A stretch of DNA of 64,000 nucleotides from a virus. Both the position numbers and the translations under genes were made by a program. Positions 48,203-56,465 of this stretch are shown here, in pieces; the first letter of the stretch is position 1, and each line of letters opens with the position of its first letter. The stretch is taken from IMG/VR virus record IMGVR_UViG_3300025168_000032, positions 32,001 to 96,000 of that record. One strand, given 5' to 3'. The notes under the pieces are model-generated. The model was not told where the DNA came from. It worked only from the letters and a program-made list of their open reading frames with translations, and did not search any database.

Positions 48203-48384
48203 GTTTTTGGGTTGGGTGTTTCTTATTTTTGATAAATGGTTTCACTGAACTATTTACTTTCGAGTATTCAATCGCAAATATGTTTATATGCGGATGCATC
48301 TCAGCCGGAACCTCCTACTTTCTATCAATGACTGTAAAAGATGAAGGCATAAATATTAACCATATAGGAGTTGGTCATGACTAA
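48197..48384 (+). pseudogene. displaced original 3' half of the DUF1360-like gene
   Basis: LGFWVG...ANMFICGCISAGTSYFLSMTVKDEG aligns with VSFHVG...ANMFLMGCLSAGTSYFLSMVVKDDG of 47084 ORF; no convincing start or SD. Confidence 0.75.
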
Positions 48385-48430
48385 GAAATGGATGCTTCAA
48401 CCAGTAAGACGTTGCTGTAGCGGAAGCTGA
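48377..48430 (+). CDS. 17-aa micro-ORF MTKKWMLQPVRRCCSGS
   Basis: AGGAG 6 nt before ATG; overlaps upstream stop; followed at once by a terminator. Confidence 0.5.
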   Translation: MTKKWMLQPVRRCCSGS

Positions 48431-48433
48431 CTC

Positions 48434-48457
48434 GTGGGGGTAGCGCCCCCACTTTTT
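48434..48457 (+). terminator. rho-independent terminator
   Basis: GTGGGGG-TAGCG-CCCCCAC then TTTTT. Confidence 0.85.
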
Positions 48458-48476
48458 ACTTTTAAGGAACCCCAAA

Positions 48477-48848
48477 ATGAAACTAACAGCAAAATTATTG
48501 AGAGAAATGATTAAAAAAGAATTAAAAGAGGCATATCAACAAGGCCTTTTCGGTGGCGAAACCAAGGTACAGCCAGTATCTCCCTCCCCCGAGAGTCCCC
48601 CGGTAGTCGTAGAACCTTGGCAAAAGCTTGAGAATCTAGCAAGAATGACAAATAAAGAGTTTATGGATTTGAACCTTGGCTTGAAAATGGTTCGCAAACT
48701 TTATAAACTTCACCCGAACTGGAATATCGGTGATGATGTGCCAAAAATAACACAAATTATTCCAATGCACGGTGGTACAATTGAAGTCGTATTTTCAGAT
48801 GGAAAGCAAGAGGTGTTGAGCCCACAAACCTATTATCGTGGCAATTAG
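48477..48848 (+). CDS. hypothetical protein with MKLTxxLLxEMIKKEL N-terminus
   Basis: Same N-terminal helix pattern as 31648 and 38564 ORFs. Confidence 0.65.
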   Translation: MKLTAKLLREMIKKELKEAYQQGLFGGETKVQPVSPSPESPPVVVEPWQKLENLARMTNKEFMDLNLGLKMVRKLYKLHPNWNIGDDVPKITQIIPMHGGTIEVVFSDGKQEVLSPQTYYRGN

Positions 48849-48857
48849 GAGAATACT

Positions 48858-49481
48858 ATGGCTAAAAAACTTTTAACAGAATTTTACGAACTTTGCAAAG
48901 ATGGTATATGCCAAGATCTTTTAACTGAGCGAGAAAAGAGAGAAGTGTCCAATGGTACCGTTTATCTATCAGGGAGAATGCAAACCTGTGAAATGAAAAA
49001 CGGTAATGGGAGAATTTATCCTTGCGATGTTCTTAGAAAAGAAGTGCAAAATTATCAAAATGTTATTAAAGACAACAGGGCCTTGGGAGAATTAGACCAC
49101 CCAGATGATTCCATAATCAACCTCAGAAACGTATCCCACGTTATAACAGACATGTGGTGGGAAGGAAAAGATGTAATGGGTAAGATAAAGATCCTTGATA
49201 CACCATCTGGTAATATTCTAAAAGGACTTGTCGAGTCTGGTATAAAGCTTGGTATATCAAGTCGGGGCCTCGGCTCTGTAAAGGAAAGCCGTGAAGGCAC
49301 CATTGTTCAAGAAGATTTTGAACTAATTTGTTTCGACATTGTATCCGAACCTTCAACACCTGACGCTTATATGTATCCTAAAAACCAACAAAGTGAGTCA
49401 CCAAAGATGTACGAAAGCAAAATAAAGCGGAAGAGTGATCTAATTATTGATGATTTGTTTAACAAAATTTTGAGAGACTAA
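48858..49481 (+). CDS. prohead (head maturation) protease, T4 gp21-like
   Basis: NGRIYP, ALGELDHP (His), GISSRGLGSV (Ser), FDIVSEPS. Confidence 0.93.
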   Translation: MAKKLLTEFYELCKDGICQDLLTEREKREVSNGTVYLSGRMQTCEMKNGNGRIYPCDVLRKEVQNYQNVIKDNRALGELDHPDDSIINLRNVSHVITDMWWEGKDVMGKIKILDTPSGNILKGLVESGIKLGISSRGLGSVKESREGTIVQEDFELICFDIVSEPSTPDAYMYPKNQQSESPKMYESKIKRKSDLIIDDLFNKILRD

Positions 49482-49909
49482 TGAATAAAAACGAAATTAA
49501 AAAAATACTAAAGCCTTTAATCAAAGAATGCATAAAAGAAGTTGTATTCGAAGAAAAGGGAGCCTTATCACATATAATAAGTGAAGTTGTTGACGGCTTA
49601 CATTTAACTAAAAAACAAGTGGTAACAGAATCACTGCCGGAAAAGAACCTACAGCCGGAATACACTTCACGGAAGAAAGTCAATCACGCTCTCAAAGAGC
49701 ATAAGAAGAAACTTTTAGACGCAATTGGCGCTGAAGCATACGGTGGAATCAACATTTTTGAAGGTACAACTCCTGCGCCTTCTCCTGCTGGAAATGGTAA
49801 TCAGGGGGCATTATCTGGTTTAGACCCAAAAGATCCGGGGGTTGATATATCAAATATATTTGGAAACAAATCTTCTACAATATTTAACAAAATGATGGGA
49901 AAGAAATAA
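49481..49909 (+). CDS. conserved hypothetical protein
   Basis: MNKNEIKKILKPLIKECIKEV; coupled between protease and bS21. Confidence 0.65.
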   Translation: MNKNEIKKILKPLIKECIKEVVFEEKGALSHIISEVVDGLHLTKKQVVTESLPEKNLQPEYTSRKKVNHALKEHKKKLLDAIGAEAYGGINIFEGTTPAPSPAGNGNQGALSGLDPKDPGVDISNIFGNKSSTIFNKMMGKK

Positions 49910-50115
49910 TGGCTACAAATCTAGTCGTCTATCCAAGGCGAAATGAAAATATAGAACGAGTTATCAAGCGATTTAGCAAGAAAATAAAAAAACTTGGTAT
50001 TCTCGACGATTACAGAGATAAGCAAAGTTACATGAAGCCCTCTGAAAAAAGAAGGAGAGCCAAAAAGCGCTCCGACAGAAGACGAGCAAAAGAACTCGCA
50101 AAACAAAAAAGATAA
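49909..50115 (+). CDS. rpsU: 30S ribosomal protein bS21 (phage-encoded)
   Basis: 68 aa; ENIERVIKRFSKK...YMKPSEKRRRAKKR. Confidence 0.88.
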   Translation: MATNLVVYPRRNENIERVIKRFSKKIKKLGILDDYRDKQSYMKPSEKRRRAKKRSDRRRAKELAKQKR

Positions 50116-50123
50116 CTATTTAT
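50116..50123 (+). promoter_or_regulatory. candidate late-promoter motif CTATTTAT
   Basis: Immediately after the bS21 stop, before SD GGAG and ATG 50158. Confidence 0.55.
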
Positions 50124-50157
50124 ATAAGAATTTCAAAAGAATTGGAGAAAATGATCA

Positions 50158-50601
50158 ATGTCATCAAATTTTAAATACACAAGCGGGCTAAGAAATGTTG
50201 GGTCCTATCAAATTTCAGGCCACCCTTTTATGAGTGGCTCAACCATCGGAGCAAACAAATGCCAACTAATTGAGTTCCCATATGTTTGTAGATCAATAAC
50301 AGTAATCAATACTGGTGCGACTAACGATATGAGAATACATTTTCAAAGTGGATCTGGGACAACGGCAATTACCGTTCCCGGTGCTACTGGTGAGCAAACT
50401 ATTGATTCTGCCTGTGATGTTTTTGCAACATTTCACTTCGTAACTGTTCCAAAAGGTGATGGTTCTGTTACACTAGATGTAAAATCAAAGAACGTGTACC
50501 TTTCATCCGTTGATGGTTCGACATATGAAATTTTCGCTGAATTAACATCAATCCCGGTAGGGTCAATGTATCATTTGACTGGATCTGGGGTAACGGAGTA
50601 A
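50158..50601 (+). CDS. conserved hypothetical, probably virion beta-sandwich protein
   Basis: 147 aa; GLRNVGSYQISG...FPYVCRSITVIN...FAELTSIP. Confidence 0.55.
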   Translation: MSSNFKYTSGLRNVGSYQISGHPFMSGSTIGANKCQLIEFPYVCRSITVINTGATNDMRIHFQSGSGTTAITVPGATGEQTIDSACDVFATFHFVTVPKGDGSVTLDVKSKNVYLSSVDGSTYEIFAELTSIPVGSMYHLTGSGVTE

Positions 50602-50605
50602 GACT

Positions 50606-53600
50606 ATGGGAAATTTTAAAGCATCACCATCGGCATTAGGCGCTAGCGCAACAGTTACCAATATTACTGTTGACGGAGACGTAACATTAGATGACGGTGG
50701 ATCAATAAAAGAAGCCGGAGGTGTTGCTGCAATCACAGTCGATGGCTCTGGTCACGTTACTAAGCTAGGCCAATCGACCTCAACAAGCGGCTATTTCCTT
50801 AAATGGGATGGCTCAAAGAGCGTCTGGGCTAGTGTTTCATCTGGTGGTGGAGCCGACACGGGCACTGCCAACACCTTTACAGAAGGACAGGTAGTCTCTA
50901 AAGATACAGATGGAGAACTTATTGCCCTCAAGCTTGTGAATCAGAGTGACGCTAATAACACTACTGGTATTGTCTCTATACAATTTGATCTTGAAGACAC
51001 TGGTGGAACCGCTGTTGACGCTGCTAAAATAGCCGTAAAGAAAGAAGCGGCATTTACAGCAACAGCAGGAACGCAAGATTCCAATATGGTGTTTTCAACC
51101 TCCCTTAACGGGACCTTGACGGAGCAAATGACATTAGATAGTGCTGGTACTCTCACATGTGATGCTGGTGTAACAGTTGGATCAACAGTTATAACTGATG
51201 ATTCGATTGTGATGACTCCTTCTTCTGGCGATACAGCAACAATTGCTGCCGGGGCGAATGGAACACTCACAGTGACAACTGTCGATGCAGGTGGAACCGC
51301 TGCGAATGTTGGTTTTGTTGTAGATGGGGCTTTTGATATTGATGCTGCGGGAGCGGTAACAATAGACGGCTCAGCAATTACAATTGGTGGCGACTCTGAT
51401 GTCGCACTCGACATTGATTCTTCAACTCTTGATATTGATGCTTCTGGGTTGGTCACCATTGATTCTGTTGGTTTGTCTATTGACTCGGCAGGGATCGCAG
51501 CAAACATAACATCTACAACAGACGGCGCCGCTGAGGACTTTACTATTTCTTTAGCAGGTGCCACAGACTCAAGCCTGATCCTATCCTCAACTGGTACAGG
51601 TGCAGACGCTTTACAGATTAGCACTTCTGCTGGTGGAATTGATATTACAGCAACGGGGAATGCAGCAGGAGAGGATATTGATATATCTTCAGCAGCTTCA
51701 ATTAACCTTACAGCTACAGAGGATGCCGCGAACGCAATTTATTTAAGAGCAAATGGCGGCTCATCCGAAACAATTAATATTCATTCCGATCAAGGAACGG
51801 GCGAAGGAGAAAGTGCTTCAATCGTGGTTCAGTCTGATGATGGTGGTATCGCAATTGTTGGTAATGACGCCAAGGATGTATCCATCGATGGTGGTCAACT
51901 TCTTCTTACAAGTGCCCACAATGTCACTAATTCAATTTATTTAAGAGCGAACGCTGGTACTGACGAAACAATCGTAATTCATTCAGATCAGGGAACTGGT
52001 GAAGGTAATGCAAATGCCTCAGTTGAGTTAGTATCAGATGTGGGTGGTATTTGCCTTACAGCCACTGGGTTGACGGGTGTAATGACTGACGGAAATTCCG
52101 ATGCAGCCATTCAGATGCATGCTGCTGCTGGTGGTGTTGGTATCAGATCAACCGCAAACTTAGAAGGGGCTATTCAGATCGAAGCTGATGGTGGAGCTAA
52201 TGAAACGATTTCAATCCACTCAGATCAGGGAACTGGTGTAAACGCAAAGGCTGGATCGACAGACGCATCAATCAATCTAATTTCTGATGCTGGTGGTATA
52301 GGTCTTTATTCTGGAATCAACGCTGACAACGCTATTGCCCTTGAAGCTAATGGTGGTGCGAATGAGACAATTCAAATTCGCTCCAATCAGGGAACCGGTG
52401 TTGCAACCGCAGATATTGCCAATGTCGTAAATGCCTCAATCGCGCTAGTATCTGACGTTGGTGGGGTTGGCTTGGGCTCTGCTTTTAATGGCGATAACGC
52501 TATAAGACTTGAAGCAGATGGCGGAGTTAACGAAACAATCGTAATTCACTCTAACCAAGGAACTGGTGAAGATCACCAAAACTCCTCTATCTTATTAGTT
52601 TCTGATGTCGGCGGTGTTGGTATCACGGCAACTGGCCTTACTGGCGTAATGACTGATACCAACTCTGACGCAGCAGTTCAATTGACAGCATTGGCTGGTG
52701 GTATCGGTCTCCGAACTACATCAAATCTTGCTGGTGCTATCCAGATTGAAGCTGACGGTGGAGCTAACGAAACGATTATTATTAAAGCAGATCAAAGTAC
52801 AGTTGATGGCGCAGCGGCTGCTGGTGCTATACAACTTCTCTCAGACGTTGGAGGGATAGGTCTTTCATGGAATGATTCCAAAGATCTCTGGGCCGAGGGC
52901 GGTAGAGCAATTGTAGTTGCAAACGAAGATGCAGCAGATTGTATTTTGTTACACGCAGATGCTGGGACCTCGCAAACAATTAGAATGCTTAACGATGCTG
53001 GCACAAACGCTGCTGCCATTGGTATAACGTCTACCGCTGGTGGAATTACTCTTGCCTCTGGGGCTGATACTACTGTTAACGGGATTACCGTATCTGCATC
53101 TCAAACAACCAAAAAAGCAATGGTGTTGACAGCAGACAGTGTGACTACTGGTAAAGGATTAGAAATCAGCACAGATGCTTTGACAACTGGCAAGTCGGTT
53201 GAAGTTAAAAGTTCGAGCAATAACCTTGACGGTGCAAAACTTTTAGATATTGAAGCAGATAGCACTTCAACAGACGATTACACCATGGTAAGAATCAAAA
53301 AGTCAACTTCTAACGCTTCTGACTCAAATGCAATCATTGGTTTGGATGTTGATTTTAACGCAACGGCTGGTACTGCCGCTCGCGCAGTTAAAATTGATTC
53401 AGAACAAACAACAGGAGTTGTAGTCGAATTAAATGCAGACGGAGTTACCACTGGTAAGGCTTTGGAGCTTAGCGCAGATGCTCTAACAAGCGGTACCGCT
53501 TTAGACATTACTTGTACTGGTACTGCTTTAGATGATGGAACACTTGTCAGCGTAAATGCCAGTGGAAACACAGGTAGCGATGTGAATAATCTTGTTCATA

Positions 53601-54103
53601 TTAAAAACGACCATGCTAGCTCGACTGGTACTGTTCCGCTTCTAGTTCACCAAGATTCAACTGGTGACATTATTAAAGCACTATATGGTGCTAACGGGGC
53701 TGGATGGTCACTAAAAATGAAAGAAGTGTCTATAACACTAGCCACTGACGCTACTACTACAGATTCAAGCGGCTTTTTCCCAGCAAATGCTATTCCTTTA
53801 GCAATATCAATTTTGGTTACTACTCAAATTGATAGTAACAAACATATTATTAAAATTGGAACAAGTACTTTCCCCGGCCTCGTCGGTAACACTGGCGGTT
53901 CGGATTTGGGAGATAATGTTTTAGAGCAGCAAAACGACGTTCTTACATTTGCGGTTCACGGGTCAAACGACAACTTTAGTGGGGCTGCTGGAATCGGCAC
54001 CGCACAACATCTTCGTTTAACTTTAAATGGCACCCCCAGTGCTGGGGTAGTCAGGGCAACATTGTGGTATTGGCAGCTATTTGTTGACACGACACACGAC
54101 TAA
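50606..54103 (+). CDS. fibre/appendage protein with internal repeats
   Basis: 1165 aa, A/G/S/T/D-rich; repeated ETIxIHSDQGTG...SDxGGI units. Confidence 0.6.
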   Translation: MGNFKASPSALGASATVTNITVDGDVTLDDGGSIKEAGGVAAITVDGSGHVTKLGQSTSTSGYFLKWDGSKSVWASVSSGGGADTGTANTFTEGQVVSKDTDGELIALKLVNQSDANNTTGIVSIQFDLEDTGGTAVDAAKIAVKKEAAFTATAGTQDSNMVFSTSLNGTLTEQMTLDSAGTLTCDAGVTVGSTVITDDSIVMTPSSGDTATIAAGANGTLTVTTVDAGGTAANVGFVVDGAFDIDAAGAVTIDGSAITIGGDSDVALDIDSSTLDIDASGLVTIDSVGLSIDSAGIAANITSTTDGAAEDFTISLAGATDSSLILSSTGTGADALQISTSAGGIDITATGNAAGEDIDISSAASINLTATEDAANAIYLRANGGSSETINIHSDQGTGEGESASIVVQSDDGGIAIVGNDAKDVSIDGGQLLLTSAHNVTNSIYLRANAGTDETIVIHSDQGTGEGNANASVELVSDVGGICLTATGLTGVMTDGNSDAAIQMHAAAGGVGIRSTANLEGAIQIEADGGANETISIHSDQGTGVNAKAGSTDASINLISDAGGIGLYSGINADNAIALEANGGANETIQIRSNQGTGVATADIANVVNASIALVSDVGGVGLGSAFNGDNAIRLEADGGVNETIVIHSNQGTGEDHQNSSILLVSDVGGVGITATGLTGVMTDTNSDAAVQLTALAGGIGLRTTSNLAGAIQIEADGGANETIIIKADQSTVDGAAAAGAIQLLSDVGGIGLSWNDSKDLWAEGGRAIVVANEDAADCILLHADAGTSQTIRMLNDAGTNAAAIGITSTAGGITLASGADTTVNGITVSASQTTKKAMVLTADSVTTGKGLEISTDALTTGKSVEVKSSSNNLDGAKLLDIEADSTSTDDYTMVRIKKSTSNASDSNAIIGLDVDFNATAGTAARAVKIDSEQTTGVVVELNADGVTTGKALELSADALTSGTALDITCTGTALDDGTLVSVNASGNTGSDVNNLVHIKNDHASSTGTVPLLVHQDSTGDIIKALYGANGAGWSLKMKEVSITLATDATTTDSSGFFPANAIPLAISILVTTQIDSNKHIIKIGTSTFPGLVGNTGGSDLGDNVLEQQNDVLTFAVHGSNDNFSGAAGIGTAQHLRLTLNGTPSAGVVRATLWYWQLFVDTTHD
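51730..53050 (+). repeat. 6-7 imperfect protein repeats within 50606 ORF
   Basis: AIxLxAxGGxxETIxIxSxQGTG...L(V/I)SDxGG(I/V) units. Confidence 0.8.
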
Positions 54104-54118
54104 TAATAGGATTTAATA

Positions 54119-54727
54119 ATGGCAGAATTTGGATGGGCATATTTATCAGGAGCAGTGACAGGTCAAGGACCTAGAGAGTCAATACAGTATCTCAAGACTG
54201 AAAATGGCGAGCTTAGTGGTAGTAATACTTTTACTTTTGCGACTGGCTCTAATACCTTGTTTGTTTCTGGGTCTGTTATAGTAAGTGGTACAATATCCGC
54301 ACATACCCTTGATGTGATCCAAACAACGAAAGTTGAAATTTCATCTAGTGGTGGTACGAACTTTGGTGATGACGCTACAGACACTCATGTCTTCACAGGG
54401 TCAGTATCGATTGTATCTGGTGGTCTTAGGCAACATTATTACAAACTTACCGGAGCAACCCATACAGTTGCGGCTTATGATTCGATTATAGGTGTCAGTT
54501 CTAGTGCATACGTAGCGATACAATTACCATCGGCTGCTGCTGCTGGTTTTGGGCGGGTACTGATTATTAAAGACGAGTGGAGTTCGACTAGATCTAGCGC
54601 CAACGAAATAGCAGTATCAGCATCTGGTGGAGAAACAATAGACCATACTGCTACTTACTGTATAAGTGGAGATAGTGCCGCGTTAACTCTTTATAGTGAC
54701 GGCACGTCAAAGTGGTTCATCTATTAG
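54119..54727 (+). CDS. fibre-associated protein, shared C-terminal domain family
   Basis: LPSAA...IIKDE...ETID...LYSDGTSKWFIY. Confidence 0.6.
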   Translation: MAEFGWAYLSGAVTGQGPRESIQYLKTENGELSGSNTFTFATGSNTLFVSGSVIVSGTISAHTLDVIQTTKVEISSSGGTNFGDDATDTHVFTGSVSIVSGGLRQHYYKLTGATHTVAAYDSIIGVSSSAYVAIQLPSAAAAGFGRVLIIKDEWSSTRSSANEIAVSASGGETIDHTATYCISGDSAALTLYSDGTSKWFIY

Positions 54728-54740
54728 GGAGGCTTCATGA

Positions 54741-56393
54741 ATGGGTTACAATGTCTTAAGCGGAAGTGTCTCGTCAACCAGTGTAATATCTAGTGGATCT
54801 TTCATTGGAGATGGAGCAGGCCTTGAAAATGTAAAGCAGTTTGAGCTTTTTAATGAAGCGGTAGCTTTAATTCCATTCTACAAAACACACGAAGGCGACT
54901 ATGCCTTAGATTCAAATAGTGGTTTTAATTTCCAAAATGGTGCCTTAGCTGTTCCTGCTCTGACTTCTTCATCTGGGATAAAATTATCTAATCCTATTTC
55001 TGGTACCCTTGCTGGTGTTGGAAGTTTTTTGGGTATAGACAGCAGTGGTAATATGGTGATAACCTCATCTGCTGCCGGTGCGGGCCCCGTCAACTCTCTA
55101 CAATTCAACACCGGTGGAGGGGAAATCAGTGGGTCCTCTGTTGTAACACTGGTTGGGACAGAGCTAAGGATAACTGGCTCGATTGCTATAACTGGATCAA
55201 TCTATCCGTCTGGTTCTGCTATTTATGATTTAGGGTCACCGACTCGAAGATGGAACGAACTGTATCTTGGGACTGGGTCTGTGCATCTGGGGCCCAATTG
55301 CAAGATCGAAACTAGTGAAGCTTCAGGCACGATCATTGTTAACAAGCCTTTTTCTATCGAGGGGGGTTTAATCCTCTCTTCTAGTTCATATATAAACTGG
55401 GGGATTACGACTGGTAGTAGTGGTTATGGGTTTAGGGACAACTCAGGGGCTTTACAATTCAAAAATAATGGAGGTTCATGGGGGAACGTTTCAGACGTTG
55501 GAATTGGGTCTAGCAACGCGATACAGTTCCACTCAGGCTCCGGTGTCCTTAGTGGCTCTGACAACCTTACGTTTGACGGTTCTACATTAAATTTATCAGG
55601 AACTATGACAATAACTGGCTCCATTTACCCATCTGGCTCTGCTATTTATTCTCTTGGTTCGCCAACAAATCGGTGGGATTCCATCCATGTAGGGACAGGG
55701 TCTGTGCATCTGGGGGAGCACTGTACTATATCTACTTCGGAACCGGTGGGTGGACACCACTCTATAACACTTAATAAGTGGACAGAAATATCCGGTAGCG
55801 GTAGTAGTGGGGAAGGACTAACTGTGACGGGCTCGTTGTTACCGGGTGCCGATAGTCTGTACGATTTAGGTTCCCCAACTAAACAATGGAGATCACTCTA
55901 TGTATCAAGTAGCACTGTTTATTTTGGTGGAGAGGCACTAAGTGTTGCAGAAGGAAGTTTAAAGTTCGGCTCTGGTAGCGCTACAAAGGGCTTCCATATC
56001 GGGCATATGCATCTGCTTGATCGTGGGATCGTGATGGACCCCAACAGAATATTTCAAATGAAAGCTTTCCAAATGCAGTTTCATGGTGGTGTGGCTTATA
56101 AACGAAAAGTTGTTTCTTGGGATTATCAAGTTCTAAAAACAGATTATATGATAGGAGTGCAGAGCGATACCTTAACAGCTTCAGTTAAGTTGACTTTACC
56201 AGATGCTACTGCTTGTATAGCCGGTCAAACATTTATTTTTAAGGATGAGGGTGGAAATTGTCACACCCACAATATTGTAATAAGTGCGTCGAATGGTGAC
56301 CAAATTGATGGAAACGGAATTATTACATTAGAAAGTCCGTATTCGTCAGTTAATATCTACACAAATGGAGATAATAAGTACTTCATATATTGA
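54741..56393 (+). CDS. fibre protein with 3 internal repeats and shared C-terminal domain
   Basis: TGS(I/L)xPxxxxxYxLGSPxxxW x3; LPDA...FKDE...QIDG...ESPYSSV...KYFIY. Confidence 0.6.
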   Translation: MGYNVLSGSVSSTSVISSGSFIGDGAGLENVKQFELFNEAVALIPFYKTHEGDYALDSNSGFNFQNGALAVPALTSSSGIKLSNPISGTLAGVGSFLGIDSSGNMVITSSAAGAGPVNSLQFNTGGGEISGSSVVTLVGTELRITGSIAITGSIYPSGSAIYDLGSPTRRWNELYLGTGSVHLGPNCKIETSEASGTIIVNKPFSIEGGLILSSSSYINWGITTGSSGYGFRDNSGALQFKNNGGSWGNVSDVGIGSSNAIQFHSGSGVLSGSDNLTFDGSTLNLSGTMTITGSIYPSGSAIYSLGSPTNRWDSIHVGTGSVHLGEHCTISTSEPVGGHHSITLNKWTEISGSGSSGEGLTVTGSLLPGADSLYDLGSPTKQWRSLYVSSSTVYFGGEALSVAEGSLKFGSGSATKGFHIGHMHLLDRGIVMDPNRIFQMKAFQMQFHGGVAYKRKVVSWDYQVLKTDYMIGVQSDTLTASVKLTLPDATACIAGQTFIFKDEGGNCHTHNIVISASNGDQIDGNGIITLESPYSSVNIYTNGDNKYFIY

Positions 56394-56412
56394 TCGATTA
56401 GATCTTTTCTAT

Positions 56413-56420
56413 CTATTTAT
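56413..56420 (+). promoter_or_regulatory. candidate late-promoter motif CTATTTAT
   Basis: In the 72-nt gap before ATG 56466 (SD GGAGG). Confidence 0.55.
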
Positions 56421-56465
56421 AAACGGGTGCCTGCGGGCTCCCAGTCTATATTGGAGGAATAAAAT

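Noticed and set aside
48250-48257. Extra CTATTTAC (also CTATTTAT at 26655) as promoters
   Set aside because: Inside coding or remnant sequence, far from a start codon; plausible by chance in AT-rich DNA
48190-48384. ORF-track 64-aa gene starting at TTG 48190
   Set aside because: Start lies inside the endonuclease ORF without an SD; better explained as a displaced 3' half
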